Source: an uncultured Bacilli bacterium
GTDB taxonomy: Bacteria; Bacillota_I; Bacilli_A; RF39; UBA660
DNA length: 64,000 nucleotides
Direction: 5' to 3'
NCBI GenBank assembly: GCA_947588765.1
Contig: CANPZG010000001.1
Coordinates: forward strand, 12,658-76,657
This document shows, piece by piece, positions 10,502 to 19,297 of this stretch. The notes under the pieces are model-generated. The model made no database searches and was not told the DNA's origin. It saw only the letters and a program-made list of their open reading frames with translations. The position numbers and the translations under genes were made by a program. The first letter of the stretch is position 1. Each line of letters begins with the position of its first letter.

Positions 10502-11083
10502 ATGGAAATAAATAAAGTTAATGAACCAATTATTGCAGTGAGACAAAGTCAATACCCAACAGATGGTAAAAACGAATTTTTACTTGTAGGTCGAAGCAAT
10601 GTTGGTAAAAGTAGTTTTATTAATACCTTAATTGAACGGAAGAACTTTGCTCGGACTAGTAGCAAACCGGGAAAAACCCAAACTTTAAATTTTTATTTAG
10701 TTAATGATTTATTCTATTTAGTGGATGTTCCCGGTTATGGTTATGCAGCTGTAAGTCAAGATCGGCAAAAGAAATTTGGTTTAATGATTGAAGAATATTT
10801 AAAAAATCGACCTAATTTAAAACAAGTTTTTATGTTAATTGATTATCGTCATAAACCAACTGAAGATGATACCTTAATGTATGAATTTTTAAAATACTAC
10901 AATTTAGATATTACAATTGTCGCAACTAAATATGATAAAATTAGTAAAAATAATCGGGAAAAACAAGATAAATTAATTAGAGAAACATTAAAGTGTCAAG
11001 ATGAAGAAATAATTACCTTTTCGACTATTACCAAAAAAGGTCGGAGTGAAGTTTTAGATATAATAGCAAAAAAAGTAGGTTGA
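10502..11083 (+). CDS. engB: ribosome biogenesis GTPase EngB/YsxC
   Basis: GRSNVGKSSFIN, DVPGYGY and ATKYDK G-motifs; about 195 aa. Confidence 0.9.
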   Translation: MEINKVNEPIIAVRQSQYPTDGKNEFLLVGRSNVGKSSFINTLIERKNFARTSSKPGKTQTLNFYLVNDLFYLVDVPGYGYAAVSQDRQKKFGLMIEEYLKNRPNLKQVFMLIDYRHKPTEDDTLMYEFLKYYNLDITIVATKYDKISKNNREKQDKLIRETLKCQDEEIITFSTITKKGRSEVLDIIAKKVG

Positions 11084-11087
11084 TAAA

Positions 11088-11516
11088 ATGAATGAAAAAG
11101 GGTTTACTTTAGTTGAATTACTTGCAGTTATTGTAATATTATCTCTTGTTGTAGTTATTGCGGCAACAAGTATTAATAGTAGTGTTAACACATCAAAAGA
11201 AAAAATCTTAGAAGATCGGATTAACAATATTACCACGGGAGCTATAAGTTATGTGCAAAATGGGAAAAATATTTTAAATGAAGCTGATTGTGCAGCAATT
11301 AATGCAAAACAACACACAACTTATGACCGTTGTAAAGTGTATACAGTTCAAGAATTGCTTAATTTAAAGGCTATAGAAACTAATGAAAAAGGTGGTAAAA
11401 TATATAATCCCGTAACAAATACGGAAATGAATAATGATATAGTAACGGTTTATCGTATGAATAATCGATTACATGCCCAAATAACTTGTAAAAAAAGTGA
11501 GGGAGAAAGTTGTTAG
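11088..11516 (+). CDS. type IV pilin-like / ComGC-like prepilin
   Basis: MNEKG|FTLVELLAVIVILSLVVV is a class III (prepilin) leader plus N-methylation domain. Two Cys near the C-terminus. Confidence 0.6.
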   Translation: MNEKGFTLVELLAVIVILSLVVVIAATSINSSVNTSKEKILEDRINNITTGAISYVQNGKNILNEADCAAINAKQHTTYDRCKVYTVQELLNLKAIETNEKGGKIYNPVTNTEMNNDIVTVYRMNNRLHAQITCKKSEGESC

Positions 11517-11523
11517 GTAAAAT

Positions 11524-12828
11524 ATGGAAACAGTATGTTTAATCGGAAAACCCAATGTTGGTAAAAGTAGTATTTTTAATCGCTTAATAAAAGAAAAAAA
11601 AGCGATTATTTTAGATACTCCAGGAGTTACCAGAGATAGATTATATGGAACTGTTACCTATAAAGATAAAAGTTTTCATTTAATTGATACCGGTGGTATT
11701 TTACTTGGTGATGATGATTTCGATAAAGATATTATTGCTCAAGCTGAACTTGCTATTGATGAAGCTGATATCATACTTTTTGTGGTTGATGGGATAAGTG
11801 AGATTGATGCGGCTGATATTCATGTTAAAGAATTATTACATCGCAGCCATAAAAAAGTAATTGTAGTTGTTAATAAAATCGATAATGAAGAAAGAAAAGA
11901 TAATATATATAATTTCTATGAATTAGGTTTTGAAACTATTTTACCTGTTAGTGCGGAACATAATAAAGGTTTTAAAGAATTACTTGATTTAATTACAAAA
12001 GATATGAGTAAAATTGAAGAACAAACTGATGATAGTTTAAAATTTTGTTTAATTGGTCGCCCTAATGTTGGTAAAAGTAGTTTGATTAATGCTTTACTTA
12101 ATGAAGATAGAGCTATTGTTAGTGATATCGCCGGAACAACCCGTGATGCTATTGATACCAAATTTAAATATAATGGGGAAAACTATACTGTTATTGATAC
12201 CGCGGGAATGCGAAAAAAAGGTAAAGTTTACGAACAAGTAGAAAGATATTCATTAATTCGTAGTTTAAAAGCTATTGATCGGAGTAATGTTTGTGTTATT
12301 GTCATTGATGCAAGCGAAGGTATCATTGAACACGATAAACATATTGCCCATTATGCTTTGGAAGCTGGTAAAGCTCTAGTTATCGCGGTTAATAAATGGG
12401 ATACAGTTAAAAACCCTGACTTAGAAATAAAAAAATGGCAAACCTTAATTAAAAATGAATTTCAATTTTTACCATATGTTAATGTTGTCTTCTTAAGTGC
12501 TTTAACTAAAAAAAGAATGCATACTTTAATGCCAGAAGTACTTACCGCCTATGAAAATTGGCAAAAAGAAATTAAAACATCAGTTTTAAATGATATTATA
12601 ATGGAAGCTGTAAGTATTCATGAACCACCTTCATATAAAGGTAAAAGATTAAAAATTTATTTTGTAAGTCAAACGGATAATAGACCACCAAAGTTTACTT
12701 TCCAAGTTAATAATAAAAATTTATTACATTTTTCTTATAAAAGATATTTAGAAAATAAAATAAGAGAAAATATTGATTTAACGGGAACACCAATTATCTT
12801 ACAATTTAAAAATAAAAGTGATAATTAA
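11524..12828 (+). CDS. der: ribosome-associated GTPase Der/EngA
   Basis: Two tandem G domains (GKPNVGKSS; GRPNVGKSS) plus a C-terminal KH-like domain. Confidence 0.93.
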   Translation: METVCLIGKPNVGKSSIFNRLIKEKKAIILDTPGVTRDRLYGTVTYKDKSFHLIDTGGILLGDDDFDKDIIAQAELAIDEADIILFVVDGISEIDAADIHVKELLHRSHKKVIVVVNKIDNEERKDNIYNFYELGFETILPVSAEHNKGFKELLDLITKDMSKIEEQTDDSLKFCLIGRPNVGKSSLINALLNEDRAIVSDIAGTTRDAIDTKFKYNGENYTVIDTAGMRKKGKVYEQVERYSLIRSLKAIDRSNVCVIVIDASEGIIEHDKHIAHYALEAGKALVIAVNKWDTVKNPDLEIKKWQTLIKNEFQFLPYVNVVFLSALTKKRMHTLMPEVLTAYENWQKEIKTSVLNDIIMEAVSIHEPPSYKGKRLKIYFVSQTDNRPPKFTFQVNNKNLLHFSYKRYLENKIRENIDLTGTPIILQFKNKSDN

Positions 12829-12871
12829 CTAAAAGTCATTACCAATCATATAATATCATAGGAGGATTTTA

Positions 12872-13114
12872 ATGAAATTTGGTGATGACTTTTTTAAAAA
12901 AGTAGAAAAGAAAACGAAAGTTGATAAAGATACTATTTTTGCTCTCGCTGACAAATTACAAAAAGGGAATATGAAAGATGAGGCCACATTAAGAGAAGTA
13001 ATAGATACTTTAAGTAAAATGACAGGTAAAAAAGTTACAAAGGAACAAAGTGATAAAATAATAGCTAAGATAGTTAATGATAAGGTTCCTAAGAATGTTG
13101 ATAAGATGTTTTAG
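12872..13114 (+). CDS. SpoVIF-like small sporulation protein (tentative)
   Basis: 80 aa. FFKKVEKKTKV...IFALADKL...LREVI...DKIIAKIVNDKVP matches the pattern I recall for SpoVIF/YjcC. Confidence 0.4.
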   Translation: MKFGDDFFKKVEKKTKVDKDTIFALADKLQKGNMKDEATLREVIDTLSKMTGKKVTKEQSDKIIAKIVNDKVPKNVDKMF

Positions 13115-13115
13115 A

Positions 13116-13142
13116 AATGAAAATTAAGTTTTTCATTTTTTT
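13116..13142 (+). terminator. rho-independent terminator
   Basis: ATGAAAA-TTAAG-TTTTCAT hairpin plus a T-run. Confidence 0.5.
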
Positions 13143-13292
13143 AAGATTTATAAACACAATTTATATTTTTAAATAGTTTAAAATTATAAAAATTCACAAT
13201 AGGTGAAATTTCCCTGAAAATAGCCAAAAATTACCAATTTTTTAATAACAAATAACTTCAATTGTGTTAGAATTTTTATGGAGATGGTATAT

Positions 13293-14426
13293 ATGAAAGT
13301 GGCAAAATCTGTAGAAGAAGAAAGAGAAATTGCGATAGGAAATATTGGACCTAAAATTAAAAAGTTAAGAAAGAAAGCTAAAATGACTCAAAGAGCTCTA
13401 GCAGATATTGCTTGTGTTTCTAATAGAACTGTTTCAAAATGGGAAAAGGGTACAAGTTCACCAGATTATGGAGCACTAAGAGCAATGGCTAAAGTATTTG
13501 ATGTTAAAGTTTCATATTTTCTTGATGATACTACCGCGAGAAGTAAAATTAAAGTATTTATTAAAGATTTAAGTGATAAATTTAAAAAGAAAGGTGGTAA
13601 AGCATTATGTTTTATTAGCTTTATATTACTTATCGCTTATTTTGTTATAACTATAAAATCTTTCGCAGTTTATGAAATAGTTAGTAATGATAGTAATTTA
13701 ACTTTTGAATCAGGTTACTATACTAAATCTAATTTTAAAATAATTATCAATATTAATAATATTACTTATATTAGTGAAGAAGATGATAAAGATGTAATTA
13801 GTCAAAAGATAAAATTATGTACTTTAGATAATAATGAAAAAGTTTGTTTCTACGAATCAGAAAATATGGAAGATATAGATTACAAAAATTTTGTCAGTTA
13901 TAATCTAAATAGAAAAGCAGCAAGAAATTTAGAAAAAGATTTATATTTAATTGTGGAAACTATTTATAAAGACAACACTGTTAATGATTATGAAAAGAAA
14001 TTATCAATGAAGAAAATTATTGGTAGTGATAAGGTATTTTATTCTAAGAAGGATACTTATAAGGAAGAAGCGTATACTAACAATAGTTTTAAAATAAATA
14101 ATTTTATGTTAGATAATAATGGTTATATGAGAATAGAAAATACAAAAACATATTATAAAAAATTTGATAATTATATGTTGTACTTTGATTTAGATTTAAA
14201 TAAAATGTCTTATGCGATAGAACTTAAAGATGGAATTAAAAATTATAGTTATTTTTATAATCAAAATTCAATTGAATATAGTTTTAATGATATTAATGGA
14301 AATGTAATTGATAGATACTCATATTTTATTACTAATGATGAATTAGGCTGTCACAAAGGAGATTGTAAAGATTATTTAAAAGTTTATGATGAAATAATTG
14401 CAGTATTTAATAAGGCTTTTTCATAG
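13293..14426 (+). CDS. membrane-anchored XRE-family HTH transcriptional regulator
   Basis: N-terminal HTH_XRE (MTQRALADIACVSNRTVSKWEKG), one TM helix (LCFISFILLIAYFVITI), ~240-aa extracytoplasmic domain with a C-terminal GCHKGDCKDY. Confidence 0.6.
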   Translation: MKVAKSVEEEREIAIGNIGPKIKKLRKKAKMTQRALADIACVSNRTVSKWEKGTSSPDYGALRAMAKVFDVKVSYFLDDTTARSKIKVFIKDLSDKFKKKGGKALCFISFILLIAYFVITIKSFAVYEIVSNDSNLTFESGYYTKSNFKIIININNITYISEEDDKDVISQKIKLCTLDNNEKVCFYESENMEDIDYKNFVSYNLNRKAARNLEKDLYLIVETIYKDNTVNDYEKKLSMKKIIGSDKVFYSKKDTYKEEAYTNNSFKINNFMLDNNGYMRIENTKTYYKKFDNYMLYFDLDLNKMSYAIELKDGIKNYSYFYNQNSIEYSFNDINGNVIDRYSYFITNDELGCHKGDCKDYLKVYDEIIAVFNKAFS

Positions 14427-14521
14427 GTCTTTAAAGAAGAGAATTAAAATCTCTAAATTTGCACTTGCTTTAAATCGACAAAATAGGTTATTATTTCGAC
14501 AGAGAAAGGAGGAGATTAGTA

Positions 14522-15277
14522 ATGAAAAAAGTAGTATGGTATTTTTCTTTACTATTATTAATTTGTTTATGTGTTACTAGTGTTAAAGCAGCAACTAGAG
14601 AAGAACTATTACAATATATGCCAGAAGAATATTTAAATTCTTTATCCGCAGAACAATATAAAAAATATTTAACATTAGATGTATCACAAGCGGTAAGTAA
14701 TGAAGAAGTTTATAAAACAAGTAAATATCCTGAAGAAATTTCACCTCTTGGAGATGAATATTGGGAAACAACTTATAAAAAAATAAAAGTTACTGCTATT
14801 CCTTATGGTAGTTCAGTAAATTATGCGGTTATGCTAGATACAGAATGGAAATATATTCCAACGGTTCGTTCTTTTGATGTTAGTGCTCTTCGTTTTGAAA
14901 ATATGGGATACGATGAACGAATAGCAGCTGGGACACAAATGTATGTACCAAAAAGTACCGGAAACACTACTGGGATAGTATACAGTCCAGATGGTACTAA
15001 TATAAAAAAGGAAGATGATGGATTTGGTATTTCAATGAATTTAGTTAATGATTCCATTAGTTATATTCGTTGTTATATATCTGTAGATGCATCAATGAGT
15101 ACTCAAAAAGGCACTATCTATGGTTCATATCAACATGCTGTGGATAATGTATCTTTAGCTCAATCTCAAAGTTATACAATTAGCCAAGTAGGTATGGGTA
15201 AAGTAATTAATTTTTCAGCAAAAGTATGGGATCACTATGATGATATGGATGGCGTAAAAGTAACGCTAACAAAATAG
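14522..15277 (+). CDS. secreted hypothetical protein
   Basis: Signal peptide ...CVTSVKA|AT; AGGAGG RBS. Confidence 0.5.
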   Translation: MKKVVWYFSLLLLICLCVTSVKAATREELLQYMPEEYLNSLSAEQYKKYLTLDVSQAVSNEEVYKTSKYPEEISPLGDEYWETTYKKIKVTAIPYGSSVNYAVMLDTEWKYIPTVRSFDVSALRFENMGYDERIAAGTQMYVPKSTGNTTGIVYSPDGTNIKKEDDGFGISMNLVNDSISYIRCYISVDASMSTQKGTIYGSYQHAVDNVSLAQSQSYTISQVGMGKVINFSAKVWDHYDDMDGVKVTLTK

Positions 15278-15342
15278 TAAAGAATAAGACAAAAGAATAA
15301 AAAAGAATTGAGGTGGGATGCATGCAATCTTTTGTTCCTCTT

Positions 15343-15444
15343 AAAAGAGATATTGATAAACGGGTCCGTGTTGAAGATAGAATATTTGAATTAATTGGTC
15401 TAAAACAATACCATCAGTCATAAGCTTCATTAGAAAGCGAAAGA
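15343..15444 (+). CDS. possible 33-aa small ORF upstream of spoIVA
   Basis: ATG preceded by GAGGTGGG; encodes MQSFVPLKRDIDKRVRVEDRIFELIGLKQYHQS. Confidence 0.2.
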
Positions 15445-15454
15445 ATGGTGGGTT

Positions 15455-16933
15455 ATGGAAAAAGAACAAGTATTGTCTTCAATAGCTAAAAGAGGTAACG
15501 GAGAAATTTATCTTGGGGTAGTAGGAGCAGTTAGAACCGGTAAATCAACATTTATTAAAAGATTTATTGAAAACCTAGTTGTTCCTAATATCTCAGATGA
15601 ATATGAAAAAAAACATTGTTTAGATGAAATTCCTCAAAGTGCCACAGGAAAAACAATTATGACGACTGAACCTAAATTTGTACCATCAAATGGTGCCACA
15701 ATTAAGATCAATGAATTTTCTACCAACATTAAATTAGTTGATTGTGTAGGTTATGTTATTCCTGAAGCTACAGGATTTGAAGATGAAGACGGAAATCCTC
15801 GGATGGTTAAAAGTCCTTGGTTTGAAGATGCAATTCCTTTTGTAGAAGCCGCGGAAATTGGTACGGAAAAAGTTATCAAAGATCATTCTACAATCGGTAT
15901 TGTAGTTACTACCGATGGTTCGTTCGGTGAAATAAAAAGAGAATCTTACATCGATGCAGAACAAAAGGTTATTACCGAATTAAAAGAAATTGGTAAACCT
16001 TTTATCGTAATACTTAATAGTATTCATCCAACAAATAGTGAAACAACAGAACTAGCACGAAGTTTAAGTGAAAATTATGATGTACCAGTGATACCTATTA
16101 GTGCTGAACTCATGAATGAAAAAGAAATCATGGAAATTTTAAAGACGGCTTTATATGAATTCCCAGTTCTTGATATTCAAATAAATATTCCCGAGTGGGT
16201 GCATGTCTTACCAGCCGCGCATATTATAAAGACTCATTATATGGAAAAAATTAAAGAAAGCATCATTAGTGTTGAAAAACTTAAAGATGTTGACTTTATT
16301 TTGGACCATTTCAGTGATTCAGAATATATATCCAAAGCATACATCTCGGATTTAGATGCTGCTACTGGCATCGTTACAGTTAATTTGGAAAGTCCTGATG
16401 AATTATATACTGAAACCTTGAGATCGATTATGGGAGATGCTGCAACTACGAAGGCAGGACTATTAAAGATATTTGCGACATATCAAGAAGGTAAGGAAGA
16501 ATTAGATAATATTAAGTCAGCTTTAAAGATGGCTAAAAGTACAGGGTACGGCATAGTTTATCCAACAATTAAAGAATTGAAATTAGAAACACCGGAATTA
16601 GTTAAACAAGGTAATCGTTACGGAGTTAAACTTAAGGCTGTGGCTTCTAGTATTCATTTGGTTAAAGTTGATGTTGAATCGACATTTGAGCCAATCATTG
16701 GTAGTGAACTTCAATCAAAAGAATTAATAAATCATTTAATGAAAGATTACGAAACTGATGCTTCAAGTATTTGGAAAAGTGAAATATTTGGTCGTAGTTT
16801 AGAAGTAATCGTTCAAGAAGGAATTCAAGCAAAATTAAGTATGATGCCTGATACAACCAGATATAAATTAAAAGATACCGTAACTAAGATTGTAAATAAA
16901 GGTTCTAATACATTAATTGCAATTGTCTTTTAG
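15455..16933 (+). CDS. spoIVA: stage IV sporulation protein A (coat-assembly ATPase)
   Basis: Walker A GVVGAVRTGKSTFIKRF; full-length (492 aa) collinear resemblance to SpoIVA. Confidence 0.9.
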   Translation: MEKEQVLSSIAKRGNGEIYLGVVGAVRTGKSTFIKRFIENLVVPNISDEYEKKHCLDEIPQSATGKTIMTTEPKFVPSNGATIKINEFSTNIKLVDCVGYVIPEATGFEDEDGNPRMVKSPWFEDAIPFVEAAEIGTEKVIKDHSTIGIVVTTDGSFGEIKRESYIDAEQKVITELKEIGKPFIVILNSIHPTNSETTELARSLSENYDVPVIPISAELMNEKEIMEILKTALYEFPVLDIQINIPEWVHVLPAAHIIKTHYMEKIKESIISVEKLKDVDFILDHFSDSEYISKAYISDLDAATGIVTVNLESPDELYTETLRSIMGDAATTKAGLLKIFATYQEGKEELDNIKSALKMAKSTGYGIVYPTIKELKLETPELVKQGNRYGVKLKAVASSIHLVKVDVESTFEPIIGSELQSKELINHLMKDYETDASSIWKSEIFGRSLEVIVQEGIQAKLSMMPDTTRYKLKDTVTKIVNKGSNTLIAIVF

Positions 16934-17128
16934 GCAATTGTTTTTTTGCTTTTTTAATAAATTTTCCCATATTTATGTCAAATTTAAGTAAAGAAAAGAC
17001 TAATTTTAAGTAAATTAATGTCATATTTTAAATAATTTAATGATTTTTATTGCTTTTCCCTTAAAACTTTGTTACTCTTAATATGTAAGGACAATGAGCT
17101 TTACAAATAAAAACAGGAGGTAAGAAAA

Positions 17129-17401
17129 ATGTCTAAAACTGAATTAGTTGAAATCATTGCTAAAGAAGCTGGATTAACTAAAGCTGATGCTAGTCGTGCA
17201 TTAGATGCTACTTTAAACGGTATTATGACTGGTTTAAAGAAAAATGGTAAAGTTTCTTTAGTTGGATTTGGTACATTCAGCGCTAAGAAAAGAGCAGCTA
17301 GAGAAGGTATTAACCCTTTAACTAAAGCACCTTTAAGAATACCTGCAAAAACTGTTGCATCTTTCAAAGCTGGAAGCAAATTAAAAGACGCTTTAAATTA
17401 A
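17129..17401 (+). CDS. hup: DNA-binding protein HU
   Basis: 90 aa; MSKTELVE...FGTFS...R.PAK; strong AGGAGG RBS. Confidence 0.95.
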   Translation: MSKTELVEIIAKEAGLTKADASRALDATLNGIMTGLKKNGKVSLVGFGTFSAKKRAAREGINPLTKAPLRIPAKTVASFKAGSKLKDALN

Positions 17402-17410
17402 TGAAAAAAG

Positions 17411-17434
17411 GAGTCGAGTAATCGACTTTTTTTG
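17411..17434 (+). terminator. rho-independent terminator
   Basis: GAGTCGA-GTAA-TCGACTT hairpin followed by TTTTTT. Confidence 0.6.
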
Positions 17435-17498
17435 TGCTCAATTTTTGTTTCATATTTGCCTAGTTATGTGGTAAAATAAAATTAATAAGAGGTTTAAT

Positions 17499-18533
17499 AT
17501 GCGGAAAATAGTGTTGTTAGTTGCAGGATTGTTATTAGTTTTAATTAGTTTTTTATTAAATTATTATACGATGAGTCGTTTATTTTTATTAATAATAGGT
17601 ATCATTATTATTGATATTTATTTCACGGTTAAATATCCTAAAAAAATATTACTATTATTAAGTTTACCAATTTTATTTTTAATATTAACTTATGGTTTAG
17701 ATATATTATTAGTTAAATATTTTAATAGAATACCAATTTATAGTTATGAAGAAAGAAGTAGTGAAAAGTTAAGCGTTTATAATAGTTTTTTCTATCGGAC
17801 TTTTAATTGTAATGGTAAGTTAATTATGGATTATGGTTATAGAAGTAACTATGCTTGTAGTCCGGATGATTTAGATACTTTAGATGTTAATGCCTTATTA
17901 AGTGCGGCAGGTAACTATAATCATAAATTTGTTAAAATTGCTGGTAAAATAAGTAAAGTAAGTGGCATTAATGTTTTAGAACTCGCGGGTTACAATATTG
18001 ATGAAAATAATAAATTAAATGGTTATGTAACATTTAATAAAGATTTAGTTAAAGTTAATACCAATGAAGATTTATCAAGATATCATATTTATGATGAAGT
18101 AGTGGTTATTGGTTTAATTAATAAAATAACAAAGAACGAAAATATAACAATTGATTTAACTAATACTTTAATTATCCCCAGTGATATATATGATACTTAT
18201 GATTTAGAAGTTATCCTTGATAAAGAAAATGGCTTAACTAATTATATTGAAAAAAATAATTTGTATTTGTTAGATATTGATGATATATACATTCATTATG
18301 ATAATAACCATATTTATGAATTAAAGTATTTAATTAATGATAATAGATTAACAATTGATGATTTATTAACCAATAAAGAAAGCAAGGAATTAAAAGATAA
18401 AGATGAAAATGAATATGGAAGAATTTATGAATTAGATAAATTTAATGTTTTAAAATGTAATAATGATAAAACCATATTAATGAATCAAAAAAGTAAAGTA
18501 AATAATGATTTATGTTTAACTGATAATAATTGA
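17499..18533 (+). CDS. hypothetical membrane protein
   Basis: Three N-terminal TM helices, then an Asn/Asp-rich soluble domain. Confidence 0.4.
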   Translation: MRKIVLLVAGLLLVLISFLLNYYTMSRLFLLIIGIIIIDIYFTVKYPKKILLLLSLPILFLILTYGLDILLVKYFNRIPIYSYEERSSEKLSVYNSFFYRTFNCNGKLIMDYGYRSNYACSPDDLDTLDVNALLSAAGNYNHKFVKIAGKISKVSGINVLELAGYNIDENNKLNGYVTFNKDLVKVNTNEDLSRYHIYDEVVVIGLINKITKNENITIDLTNTLIIPSDIYDTYDLEVILDKENGLTNYIEKNNLYLLDIDDIYIHYDNNHIYELKYLINDNRLTIDDLLTNKESKELKDKDENEYGRIYELDKFNVLKCNNDKTILMNQKSKVNNDLCLTDNN

Positions 18534-18763
18534 TTTTTTCAAGTATTTATGTTATATTTTGTATGTAATCGATGAAAAAAGATTTTATATATTGATTTAT
18601 TTTTAGAGAGTTAGTGGTTGGTGGAAACTAATAATAAAAATATATAATGCTACTTTTGGAGATTAATCGGCATAGTCGTTAAAAAAAATAAAGTAAAAGA
18701 AAGGATGGTACCGTGTTTTAACACTCCTTGGTATTAATCCTTTTTTTAAATAAGGAGGAAAAA

Positions 18764-19297
18764 ATGAAAATATTTGTGGTTGCTGGTAAAGCAGGAAGTG
18801 GAAAAGGAGAAGTGGCAAAGTTTATAAAGGAATACTATATTTATAAATTAGAAAATAGTGTCGTTACGCAATATAGTAAATATTTGAAAAATTTTGCAAT
18901 GGAATTAACTGATTGGGATGGTGTTAGTGAAAATAAACCAAGAAAGTTTTTACAAGATTTTGGGTCAACGATAAGAAACTATGATAAAGAATATTTTACT
19001 AAAAGAATGATTGAAGATATTAACATTTATGAGTTAGCGGATGTTAATAATGTTATTATTTCCGATGCTAGAATGCCTGAAGAAATTGAAGAATTAAAAG
19101 AAAACTTTGATGAAGTATATAGTATTTATGTCGAAAATCAATTTGGTCAAAGTAAATTAACAGTTGAAGAACAAGCTCATATTACCGAACTTGCTTTAGA
19201 AAACTATAATGATTTTGATTATACTATTGCTAATGATGGTACAACGGAAAATTTAAAAGATAAAGTATTTAAGTATTTAGAAGGGTTAGAAAAATAA
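18764..19297 (+). CDS. P-loop kinase, phage-type dNMP-kinase-like
   Basis: MKIFVVAGKAGSGKG Walker A and an ISDARMPEEIE lid-like motif. AGGAGG RBS. Its stop overlaps the alaS start (ATAATG). Confidence 0.45.
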   Translation: MKIFVVAGKAGSGKGEVAKFIKEYYIYKLENSVVTQYSKYLKNFAMELTDWDGVSENKPRKFLQDFGSTIRNYDKEYFTKRMIEDINIYELADVNNVIISDARMPEEIEELKENFDEVYSIYVENQFGQSKLTVEEQAHITELALENYNDFDYTIANDGTTENLKDKVFKYLEGLEK

